Below, one piece after another: positions 13,170 to 25,205 of a DNA stretch of 64,000 bases. Source of the DNA: Octopus bimaculoides (taxonomy: Eukaryota); NCBI RefSeq assembly GCF_001194135.2, contig NC_068984.1:101809787-101873786 (forward strand), given 5' to 3'. The notes beneath the pieces were generated by a model. It had not been told where the DNA came from. It was given only the letters and a program-made list of their open reading frames with translations, and did not search any database. The position numbers were made by a program, and so were the translations under genes. The first letter of the stretch is position 1; each line of letters starts with the position of its first letter.

Positions 13170-13390
13170 ATAGGGTCAGTTACCCAATTTCTAAGGTATA
13201 TAAGTGAGTGAGATCACAATATTTCCCTTGAATGGGATGTCGGTCCATCACAGAGTTACTCATTTACAGCTGAGTGGAGTGGAGCAATGTGGAATGAAGT
13301 TATTGCCCAAAAACACAATGTACCACTGGTCTAGGAACAGAAACCATGATCTTGTGATCATGAGTGCAACATTCTAACCTCTAGGCCACA
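13170..13390 (-). mobile_element. Decayed tRNA-derived SINE (another family)
   Basis: The reverse complement begins TGTGGCCTAGAGGTTAGAATGTTGCAC (A-box-like); a related head occurs at about 32680-32960 on plus. Confidence 0.55.
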
Positions 13391-15138
13391 AACCTTCGCA
13401 ATTTCCTAATAAAATGTACCAAATTCATACAGCATGAGACTCCCCAATATTTCAAGACTAAATTCATAGCTGCTTCCTTAAGTAGACAAGCAGATTATTA
13501 GCTATTCACTATAATAATTTTGACACTTTTTTTGGATACTTGGCTTTGGGTTAGAGCAGCAATGAGCTTGATGTAAATACTTCAGCACAAGTACCCGTTA
13601 TAGAATAGGAACTGGTTAAATATAGACATTTCAGATCTGTTCATAGTCAAGATATTTAGATTACAATGACCAGTCCAATTTCTTGCCAGTAGGGGCCAAA
13701 GGGTATAGGTAGCATTGCCTCTGTAACATTGGAATGGTGGTTGGACTTGCTGAGTTCCCTTGCTCTTCAATAGAGCTACTACAACCCAATATTTTTTATG
13801 GAGGATGGGTGGGGGGAGGATCACACATATTTCCTAACCATATAGTGTTGGATTCAGTCTCACTGAATGGCACAATAACACTGGCAAAATTCTTGTGAGT
13901 GAATTTGGTAGATGGAAACTGAAAGAAGCCAGTTGTGTGTGTGTGTGTGAGTGAGTGAGAGAGAGAGAGAGTGAGAGTGAGTGAGTGAGTGAGTGTGAGT
14001 GAGAGTGAATTTGTGTGTGTGTGTGTGTGTGTGCGTGTACATTGTCTTGACATCACTCTTGTGTACACCCTTGTCTCGACTATCTGTCAACAAATGCACG
14101 ACCATACAAGCTATATTGTTTGCTTCTAGTTTTCTGTGAAAAAAAAATGTCTGACCATGGGAAATATTACCATGTTTGGAAATAGGCAAAGGTTGACAAG
14201 AGGAAGAGCATCTGGGAAGAAAATCTGCCATAACAAATTCTGTCTGGCTCCTACAATTATGGAAATGTGGATGTTAAGATAATAATTATCATTATTTCAT
14301 CATTCCATGATAATTGCTTTTAGGAATTTTGGAAAACCCATAGATATTATGAAATGGGTCACTATATACCATCACAGCAGGATTTCTGAACAACATTAGT
14401 CATATGTGATGTGTCGAGCATTGCAATGTCTAGAGAAGATAGACTCATTTTGTTAACATTCATTGGACATTAAAGCTGAAGAAAAAATATTAGATGATGT
14501 TGCAATAGCAGATAAAGTGCAATAAACTGAAGTTGAATAGTGAAGGTGGCCAACCTACTCTGTTTAGATCGATGTTGGCTGTATGGTATTAGAATAAGTA
14601 TTGGGAGAAGAGTCAACTTTATGGCTATTAACTGTTGAAATGACTGTCACTTGTAAATTAATGATGGCTTTATTTCCACAAGGGTTATCTTCTTCTATAG
14701 TTAAAAAACAAAAGAAATCAGTTTAGGTCTCAAAGAAATGGTGCTTTATACAATTAAATGGTGGAGATAATGAAATATTTTGAAGAAGAAGAATTAAAAG
14801 GGAAATTGAAGATTTAGTTTTTTGCAAAGACTCTTCACTATTTAATGTTCAATCTAAGTGGAAAAGAATAAAATGCTTCCAAATGTTGTTTTACCATCAT
14901 CATCAGCAGCAGCATTCTTCCATTTACTTTCCTATATACTGACTCAATGATAAATCATTTCTAGAACCAATTTCTAAGTCTCTACAATCAATTCAGGCTA
15001 TCCCCACCATACATTATTATCCCTTTACATGTTCTTGAAGACATCAGCTTATGTCTCTCATGTGAAAATAACTGTTTTCAAATTTACATGCATTCAAAAC
15101 TATTACACAGTCATTCCTCACAATTGTGTCACACATGT

Positions 15139-15438
15139 TTAACCCATAAACTGCTGGGATTTTGCTGTATGTAACACAAACTGCTGAGCAAATGGCAACT
15201 GATTAGTTCAGTGAACTTTTCCAAAGTCATTCCGCCAATCAACATCGATCTATCACTCGAAAAAAATACTCAGTGTTTCTTAACACCTTCTGTGATTGAC
15301 TACACTGTTTCTAGGGTGAAAGGGTATCGTGTGCATACATTATAAGTCATCAAAATTAGGTCAGATCATGCCCTACTTCCGTGGCCACGCACGTGGCCTG
15401 TCGGCCACTGAGGTGACCCATCACAGTTTATGGGTTAA
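15139..15438. mobile_element. piggyBac-like MITE with TTAA TSD
   Basis: TTAA|CCCATAAACTG (15143-15153) and CAGTTTATGGG|TTAA (15424-15434): perfect 11-bp TIR with CCC termini. Confidence 0.8.
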
Positions 15439-17999
15439 CATTCACATCACACCTTTAAAACTAATTCTACTTTTAATTTTTTCAATATGCAACTCGAAAG
15501 TTTCTGATGAGTTTTTTTATCAGCACTTAGCATTTTCATTGCCTCCTACCTGACTTCAAAATAAGAGACTGTCAACCACTGGCACTAATATAAATATGCA
15601 GCTGTTTATTCTTTACCTCCTCTTGCAATTACCTCACTACAAATATAACTTTTTTGTTTCCACATCTAGATGCAAGCCTACCCAAACAGTCATATTTTGT
15701 ACAAACAAGCTTTGCTACAACCCTCATCATTAGTTTTGACACATCAATAGTTATTCCTCTCTATAATATATCTTACCTTTCAAGGTATAAGCACATATCA
15801 CTTACACTTATGCTACCTCTATCTCCTTCCTAATCTCCCCAGCTGTTATAGCATTTGTTTCCATTACTAGTAAAGAATATTTTGGTGAGATTAGCTTTGA
15901 TCATAAATCTGCTTAATGAAAAGTGATATGGAGACAAACATCAACTTTCATTAGGTCTCATCTTCATCAACAAAACTAAACACACTAAAATTGAGAAGAA
16001 AGCACATCATATCTAAAGGTAACTGAGACAACCATCAGACAACAAACAGAACTGGAAGGATAAATCCAAATAAATATTATTGATCCATGGCAACAACTAA
16101 AGGCTTATATGACTATTTCAGTGGTCATCTGCCAGTTGAAACTAAATTTGTTATCCTAATCCTTCCTCCTATTTTAAAGTTTTTCCGCTTTTTTTTTTGT
16201 CTTACATTACCACCCACTAATTTGTCAGATGGGCCGTGTGTAAAATACATAGGAAATTTTCACACCCAACACATAAGATGCCCAACAAGCCAGTTTGTTG
16301 AAAAGCTTAGTATTTAATTAGAGCTGAAACTATGACCTGTCTTTGCTATGAGAGTATTGGGTCTTACCACACTGTCTCTAGGACGGGCAATATGTTCTAA
16401 GATTTTGAATTTTAAAACATGTGGTCACAATTTTGGCTAACTGAGTGTTTTGTTGATGATTTCTTCATTTGGCTGTGAAGACACTCCCACACAGGCTTGT
16501 AATTGTGATGATGATATTAGAGACAAAGATAGTGGGATGGTGGAGTAAAGATGATAAATAATTTAAGGGAGAGAATTCACCCCTAATTACCAGCTAGGGA
16601 GTGAATAGAAGACAGAAAGAATGCATAAGCAAATATGTTTATTGATAAATCTCATAAAGGTTGTTGTTTTTCAGGCTTTATTCAAAAGAGTTGCTTAATA
16701 TTTATCACTGGCAGCAGAATGACAACTGGTGAATTCAAGGTGGCTTTAAAATAATTTGCACTATCTTCACTAAGAACATAAAATTAGGAGTCTTAAAGGA
16801 AACAAATGCAGATTTAGGGATTAGCTACCAGCTTAAAAACGCAAAAAGCTGTCCCAACTGTGTGTTTATGATGGGAAAGAAAACTCAGAGAAATGGATAT
16901 TGACCTATTAAATGTTATGGAATGTAACAATAACCAGAAATTAGATTGGTTTTCAAGGATTCAAACCAATTAGTATTTATCATGTACAAGTTGTTTGAAT
17001 AATATCAACAGCCAAAGGACGGGATGGTCAGTGACCCACTTTGACTTGTGAGACTTTACAAAATAACTTTACAGGAACTTACATACAGAGCATTTCTCAC
17101 CATAGAAAATGAGAAATTAGTGAAAGCTATGGTTGATGAGCTAACTGTTATGTCAAAACAGCTAAAAAAATTTATGTAAAGACACATCGCTAATGCTTCA
17201 TCAGAAACTAACACTCCGCCAATAGCAATGAAAAAAGAGTTGGCTATTGCTTATCACAAAAGCAATTTAGAAACAAATAGGAAACTTTGAAGTGTATTAT
17301 GGTAGCTGATCATGTAGATAACCCTCACAAACTGTGAAATTGAGATACAAAACATAAAAAGGTGAAGTCAATAAAATCTTATGTGAAGACTTCCAGATAG
17401 CATGTGTATGGCAGTATTTCTCACTGGACTAAACATTCTCCGTTTGCTGATTACGCCAGAAGTGCCTGTAACTGTCATACAAATGACTTCATTTCCTTTC
17501 ACTAGTGTCCTATGGAAGACAATGATCACTGCAGCTTTTCCTTTCGTGTAACACACCTATGACATGTATGTCAGCAGTGACACGCTGTTGATATTTATGA
17601 GACAAGCAATGGGCTGGAAAAACAAAAAAAAAAACTCTGCAATTTCTATCATAAATTTCAACAGACTGGAATTCAAAAGTTCCCCATCACTGATCTAGAA
17701 CATCACTAAAGGAAAGAGTGTAAACAAGTCCAGTGTTCCAATTTGTGAGAACATTAGGGACAGCAATATGAAAAGACTTCTTGTTTCTTCAACTGTTAGA
17801 CCAGCACTTTATAAAACAGAATATTGCAACGTTTTCAAGTTTGTTATTGTCTTTTATTGTAGATATAATCAAGAGAAAGCAATGGTTCACCATAACCTTT
17901 GCAGCCTCTAAGACCAGAGATATCAATAATGGTTTATGTTCAGTTAGAACATCTATAAATCTATACCTACAAGAAAGACATGGTGATGGAATTCAAAAG

Positions 18000-18330
18000 A
18001 TTTGACATTCTGGTGAGGGTTTGAGGAAAAAATGGTTAGTGCGAGATATAAAGATGAGTAGAGTATGAGTGACAAAATAAAGGATAAATAATCTCGAGTG
18101 GAAGTGATGTGCCTCAAGTTAGTCCAAAGGAGCAGAAAATGTAGAAGCTATAATAAGTAAGGTGAGAAAACTGAATAGGTTAGAGGTTGAACTGCATTGC
18201 AGAGTCAGTCTTTGCCAGTTAGTCAGATGGCTTTCTTCTGGATATGGAAGTTTGTGCAGGTAGCTAAACCATCTTAGATGTGGGAGCAGTACTCTGTTGT
18301 TGACATTAGAGCATCAAATGCAGTTATTTA
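18000..18330 (-). mobile_element. Decayed 3' RT fragment of a CR1/Jockey-like LINE
   Basis: Minus-strand reading TEYCSHI*DG...IQKKAI*L matches the EYCSHIW..G...LDRIQ.KA region; same family as the fragment at 59950-60480. Confidence 0.55.
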
Positions 18331-18339
18331 ACACATCTT

Positions 18340-18650
18340 TACTTGTGTGGCTTAGTGGTTAGGGTATTTTGCTCATACCAGGTCATCACTTCAATTCCCA
18401 GTGGTGTGTTATGTCCTTGGGCAAGATACTGTTTCATATTGCTCAAGTCAACTCAGCTGACAAAAATGAATAGTATCTTTATTTCAATGGGCCAGCCTCG
18501 TCACATTCTGTCACACCGAATCTCCCTCAGAACAACATTAAGGATATGTATTTGTGGAGTGCCCAGCCATTTGCACATTAATTTCACAAGCAGGTTACTC
18601 TGTTGATTGAGTCAACTGGAACCCCCATCATTGTGACCGACGGAATGCTG
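18340..18650 (+). mobile_element. tRNA-derived SINE, older copy of the 7794-8173 family
   Basis: GTGGCTTAGTGGTTAGG head; 3' body GCACATTAATTTCAC..CAACTGGAACCCCC shared with 8090-8150. Confidence 0.75.
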
Positions 18651-18744
18651 GGTGTTTTTTCCAATAAGTAGTGCACAATGTGCACATTGCAATAAGGTCA
18701 ACATGAAAATCATCTAGATAAAATGTCATGTGGAAATGAGTTAG

Positions 18745-19010
18745 TTTTGCTTATAGAAGTAACAGGAAATATCTGACTAGAATTTATAAAAGTATCAGAA
18801 ATAACAATAGCACCTATAGAAGTAGTAGGAAACATCTAACAAACACCTATAGAAGTAACAGGAAACATCTAATTGTATCACTTATAGAACTAGCAGATAA
18901 ACCTAACTTGGAACTTATAGAGGTAGCAGGAAACATCTAACTAGCATTTTAAAATAGGAGAAAACACCTAACTGTCACACTTACAGAAGTAGCAAAAAAT
19001 AACAATAGCA
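18745..19010. repeat. Degenerate ~30-35 bp minisatellite (consensus approx. CACTTATAGAAGTAGCAGGAAACATCTAACT)
   Basis: Several imperfect recurrences of TATAGAAGTA.CAGGAAACATCTAA. Confidence 0.7.
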
Positions 19011-19465
19011 TTTAAAAAAAAAACTACACACACAATAAGGTGACTAAGTACATTTGACTACAATCCAAAGTTAATAGCAACAGCTTATTTTGACTCATTA
19101 ACACATGCAAAACACTTTGACATTTTAAAAATAATTTATTGCACATTCCTAATTTACTTTCAGTAAATAAATGTATTAATCCCCTGACCTTTTATAAGCA
19201 TACAGTATAAAGAGGCTCTGTCTGAAAGCTAGAGCTAAAGGATGGATGCTTGAGTAGACAGTGTAAGGATATCAGTTGAGGAATAATTGATGGTTCATAC
19301 CCAATCATCAATACGGAGTGTTCTTGCGAAATTCAGCTAAACGTTTGCTTTAAAACACGAGTTTAATACACATGATAAACAAGCAGAAAATTCAGTTGGA
19401 AGGTGAATAAAATTATGACACATGATGAATATAAATGATGAGAAAAAGAAAAAAATATGTAAAAT

Positions 19466-19512
<47 letters not shown>

Positions 19513-22500
19513 TATCAATTTTCTGTTAAAATCACAGCTTTAAAGTGTTTACTGACATTTTAGTCATCAAGCTCTTATGATACACTGACATCATATTTCT
19601 CTCCCTCTCTCATGCATGTGTGTGTGTGTGAGTGAGAGGGTGCATGTGTATTACTATTCCCACTCCCAATATAGAATTTTCATTAACTGTCACTGATTAC
19701 TACATACACAGAACTGTCATATGATCAAAACCATATGTTACCATAAAGCTTCAAAACTACTGCATGAAAACTGATTTTTACCTTTAATTCTGACTAGATA
19801 GAAATAGGCACCATGAGTGTCAGGTAATAGTTTTCTTTAGTCCTAACTTTGGATGAATTGAACTTCACTGAAGTTCATTCAGTTGCGATGCTGTGCTTCA
19901 AAAAGGAGAATATTCCAGTGTAATTTTTTCCTCTCTGCTCCTTCAAATACATAAGTGAACTCAGCATTGCAAGTGAACAAAGCTGATCACTTTTACAGTG
20001 TTGAAAGTGTACTGTTGATATAAAACACCAAGTGGATTGATTCTCATTGGTTGAGTGCAGTCATGTGGATGGCTGTGTTGGTGCTTTTGATTTGAAAACT
20101 TAAAATTTTTACACTTTTTAAGATTTTTATAAGAGGAAGGCCTCCAAAATAAAGGGTCTCTATAGCAGCAGAAGAACAAGGTCTTAGATTTTCTGGTCAG
20201 TAATCTAGATGGTTGTTTCATAATGTGAAATTTCTCTGGAATTTCTCAGGTAAAGTTTGGAATTTTTAACCTATATGATGCCCAACATGGAGATTAAACC
20301 CACAACCTTATGATGAGTCTACCAGCCTACTACAACTCTCAAACACTGTCACTTCTTCATACAGAAAATGGTTTTCTCTGAAACCCACTACTTAGCTATA
20401 TATTTCTACCAGACACTAATCTGCTGATTTAAATTGGATCATTAAAAGCATTTGCCTTGTCTAATTAGCCCATAATTTCACTCATCATTTCAGGAAATTG
20501 TCAAATTTAAAACATTTACAATCAAGCCAACCAAAAAAAAGCACCAGAAAGAAATTAAGACTGTGTGGTTAAGCAGCTTGCTTTGCAACCACATGGTTTC
20601 AGGTTCAGTCCCACCATGAGGGTCACTTGGGTAACTCTCTTCTATTATAGTCCCAGGTTGACCAACACCTTGCCTTGTCAGTGAATTGGATGGACAGAAA
20701 CTGAGTGGAAGCTCTTTGCACAAGTGTGTGTATATATGTGTCTGTGAAGGTTTCCTCACCACAGTGACAACTATTACTGGTTTATTTATGTCCCTGCAAA
20801 TTAGCAGTTCAGCAAGAGAGATATACCAGACTTAAAATATAAGTACTGGGGTTGACTTGTCATAGTGGTGCCCCCACATTCCCATAGTCCAATAAGAAAT
20901 GAGTAAAAGATATATATATATTGACCAGTTTGGAACTGTTGCAAATTTTCAACAATTTCTGAAAGTCTAAACTCAGAATATTCTAAGAGTTGAAGCAGCC
21001 ATTCTCTAAGCAGTTCAATGTGAAATCATTGAAGAAAGTTTCTTTGTAAATTATTTATTCCAATACAGAAATGACAGATATTCCTAAAATTAAATCCGTG
21101 ATATTTTGTGTTTAACATCAAATACTTCCTAATCCTTAAAGTAATTCAACGGGAGTTAGACAACAAACTGAACCAGAAGTCAACTTACAGAAGTGGAACA
21201 GCCATGCAAAAATAGAATGATATCTAAAATGATTCTATATTGATCAGCTACAAACATTAACTTAACCATTCAAAGCCTACAAACATTAACTTAACCATTC
21301 AACAATTTGAAAGAAATAGTAACTGTCAACACAAAATACACGTTACCCCACATAATATGTAACTGAAGACTAGAATATTATGAAAATATCTTAAACAATA
21401 TGCTCTGCAAACATTATAAATCTAACATTATTATAAATTTTCAAACCATGAAGTTGAGTCTTTCTTCATATCCCTTGTACTGCTTTTGTCATTTTCTTTG
21501 GCTCCTTTAGCTCCCACATTAAAGTAATAAATGTACTGAATTATCAAAGCAATGAAAGAACCTTTACATGAACAACCATTTTTGAGAAGCAGGCCATATG
21601 AGACATGACTCATCATCAGGTGGGTCACTCGACCAAAAACATTCAAGGTAATTTTTTTGTTTAGGCATGCCATTCAGAAAGTCCTGCAGGCAGCAGTTTG
21701 CCTGGCCTGTGACTGCACTACATTATTACTTGACTTAGAAATAGCAATGAAATCTCTACAAAGTCATGTCATACCATTATAAGTAAGAAAAGGACAGTCC
21801 AAATTACACTACGTCTGGGAAAAAGACAAGACAGCCATGACTAGAATGCCTTTAATCATGAGATTAAACAACAACTCATCAAATGTATAATGGAAAGAAA
21901 GACTGCCTGATAATCTAAGGTAGCAACACTAACCTTTATGAGGTCTAAATTATTGACGGTATATTCTACGTTAATGAATTGTTAAGCAAACTAATCATTT
22001 TTGGTCAGATGAATAAATAGCTTTCACACTATGAGTGTATGGATTAAGATAATTATTGTCCCTTTTGTTAATTATGACTAAGCATCTCAATCTTACAAAA
22101 ATAGAAACATTTCTTGGTCAACTGACAGCTGATTACCATCAGCATTATAATACCTTAGCAGACAGCCAAAATTTATGATAGGTGGGAACAGGAAGAGTGT
22201 AGTGGACTTAATCAACTCCACTAGTTCTTTATTGAAACTTATTGTATCGACAAAATAAAGATGAATTTATTTAAACTTGAGGACATAACTAAATACTGTA
22301 AAGTCTGTCTTTCTGGCTTCACACACTAATAATAAAAAGGATTTGCAATTTTGGTACAGAGTCAGCTGTTTTTGATGGGAAGGGAAGTCGATCATATCTA
22401 CCCCAGTACCTGACTGGTACTTATATTATCAGCCCCGAAACAATGAAAGGCAATGTCAACCTCAGCAGAATTTTGGCTCAGAATGTAGCACACATTATCA

Positions 22501-23805
22501 ATTCAGTCAGTTTGCCAGTTATAATAATAATAATAATTATAACAATAATAATAATATTAATGGTTTCAAATTTAGGCACAAAGCCAGCAATTTCTAAATT
22601 ATATCTGAATCTAAAGCACTTACTTTCACAGAAATCAAATTAAAAAAAAGTTTTGAAAATTGAAATTAAAATGCAAAATTTACAATGAAATGTTTAAGAA
22701 AATAAAATTTATCTAAGTTTGAATTTTAATGTTTTTTTCTTTAAACTTTCATATTCCTTCATATTTTGTTTTTTTGTATTTTGTTCAGAGAAACAACCCA
22801 ATTTTATTAATTTTGAATTTCATGATAAAATTTTAAAAAAAGGCAATTAAAAAACAAAAAATACTTGCACCCCCACCCTTTTATTAAGAGTACAGAAAGA
22901 CTTGTGTATTTATTGTTTTTAACCTTTTCTCTTGACTAATTTTTCTTTGTGACAGAATGACATACAAACAATAATATCCATGCACGCATACACACTTTGA
23001 CAAATGAGTTTATTTTTAGCCTTTCTCTAAGGTGTCCCAGAAATATCAAAGCAGCAGCTGTGTGCAATCAACAACTTCCTTGTTTTGCTATGTTTATGTA
23101 TATGTGTGTGCATGTGCGTTTGAGAGAGAGAGACAGAGAGTGTATGTTTATGTGTGGACACGTGGAAATTTGTGCATGTGCACGTGAAAGAGAGAGTGTG
23201 CATGTATGCTCATGTGTGTACATGTGGAAATGTATGCATGTGTGTGTTTTAGTGTCACAAATGAAAGTGTATTCAATTCATGATATAGAATTCATTTATA
23301 ATAGCAATCTTCTCAAGGTTGCCTGAGTAAGAGAGTGAGTCATCAAATCAACTGATAACATTATGTGCTTGTGTGTGTGTGTGTGTGTGGTTGTGTGTGT
23401 GTGTGTGTGTGTGTGGTTGTGTGTGTGTGTGTGTGTGGTATAATTTGCTCACTACACCACTTACATTTTCTCTTTTCCGTAGCAGAGTTGTTTGTAAAGG
23501 TAAATAATATAGAGATATTCTTTCCCTCATCTTCAGGTATGTAGACCTCATCAGTACAGATTCATGACCACATACATAATTAACGAATTCAATTATTGTG
23601 TCATCATCACTTTTTTAATGTTTACCTTCCCAAATTTGCATGAGTCATACGAAAGAGGCAGATTTTCTATGCTGGGGTACCCTTCTTGTCAGCAACCCTT
23701 CCCTGTTTCCAAGCAAGGTCATATTCCCGCATGGCCAGACATGACTGGAAACAAAGGACAACACTTGTTTGCAACCATTATATAATGTCAAAGCCAGGAG
23801 ACACC

Positions 23806-23845
<40 letters not shown>

Positions 23846-23852
23846 CTATCTA

Positions 23853-23901
<49 letters not shown>

Positions 23902-24958
23902 TTAGATATAGATATATATCTGTATATGATGGGCTTCTTTCAGTTTCCACCTACCAAATCCACTCACAAGGCTTTGGTTGGCCTGGTTTTAGAGTATAAG
24001 ATGCTGGCGAAAGGTTTCACTCAGTAGGATTGAACCTAAGACCAGATGGTTGCTATGTGAACTTCTTAACCACATAACATCCTGTGGCACTATCCTGTAA
24101 ACAGGATATTAATTTCTTGCCAATGTATGTTTTAAGACAATGCCCTGTCATAATGCATGTACTGTGTTCCTGTTTTTGCCTGAAGCTCCATTTAAATGTT
24201 ATTGCTTTTTATACTCTTACTAAAATGACTGATGTATACTGTAATAATATACAGTCCTAATTTTGTTTATATATTTATTTTCAAACTATTTCCTGCTAGT
24301 AGTATTAGTAGTAATATTACAATATAGTGCTACTATCTTACATCTTCCTTGCTATTGTTGCTACAATATACAAACATTATATGTACAAATACATACATAT
24401 ATACATATTTATACACAAATAATATTCATGTATTTTATAATGCCTAAATTCTCCAGCAATTGTTGATACTGTTATTCTACCAAGGAGTCAACTTATTCCA
24501 TTTTCTTTTCTGTATTAGTGATCTTTTGCTAGAGAATTGTGAAAATGCTAATGATATCATTACTACTATGAGATTAAACCTATTCTCAAATGCTATTTAT
24601 TCTGTAATTGAGTCATCCATGAAAGCTTCCAAACAGCTACCTTGTTTTTCACAAGTCAATCATAAAATTACAGACATTTCAGCTATGACAATAACCACAT
24701 AAAACTCAGTTTACTATAAATCTCTTTTGCAGACCCTTATCTTTTTAACTCCACTTAATAAAACAAAGGCCTTCTCATCATCTGAGATTCCTACAGGCAG
24801 CCTGCAATTCAGCCTGTTCAATCAGTTTACAATGCATATCATCACTTGTCTTGATTGTGACAAGTTAAAGGCTTTTAGATTTAAAATATTTTTTCTACTA
24901 TAGGTACAAGCACATTATTTACATTTGACGGATATTTGTCCTCATCTTGTTTGTTGTT

Positions 24959-25004
24959 AACACAACATTTCAGCTGATACACCCTCCAGCTTTCATCAGG
25001 TGTC
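24959..25004 (-). ncRNA. Minimal type I hammerhead ribozyme motif
   Basis: Minus strand reads GACAC-CTGATGA-A-AGCTG-loop-CAGCT-GAAAT-GTT-GTGTT: core boxes CUGAUGA and GAAA, a 5-bp stem II, stem I GACAC/GTGTT, and a loop-less stem III with a U-G wobble. Activity untested. Confidence 0.65.
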
Positions 25005-25160
25005 TTTGGGAAATTTCGAACCTGGGTTCTCATTCCTAAGGTATTTTTCGATGTTATTATTATAATTCAAGTCACTGCCTGGAATCGAACTTGGTATCTT
25101 GGGGTTAGTAGCCTGCACTCTTAACCACTATGCCATATGCCCGTGAGCATATTTCCCCAA

Positions 25161-25205
25161 GACACCTGATGAAGGCTGGAGGGTATATCAGCCGAAACCT
25201 GTTAA
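25161..25205 (+). ncRNA. Second, damaged hammerhead motif in the inverted arm
   Basis: GACAC-CTGATGA-A-GGCTG-loop-CAGCC-GAAAC, followed by a small deletion removing the cleavage triplet region. Confidence 0.5.

Noticed and set aside
13582-13824. Minus ORF containing LARNWTGHCNLNIL, reminiscent of the LPxNWTGxC motif of gamma-type retroviral Env
   Set aside because: Single short motif; no furin site, fusion peptide, immunosuppressive domain, LTR or pol nearby; the ORF start lies in a SINE.
17368-17556. Minus ORF with MTVTGTSG and HIRFY, loosely like MYLIP LTVTKESG and THAFY
   Set aside because: Surrounding residues do not align, the frame stops where MYLIP continues, and the earlier exons would have to lie upstream but were not found.
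21248-21302. 26-bp tandem duplication (period 29); similar small duplications at 26031-26113 and about 61335/61825
   Set aside because: Ordinary local slippage or duplication with no further structure.
23540-23600. TTCAG|GTATGTAGA reading VCR, like the start of MYLIP exon 2
   Set aside because: Wrong strand, and the following residues do not match.
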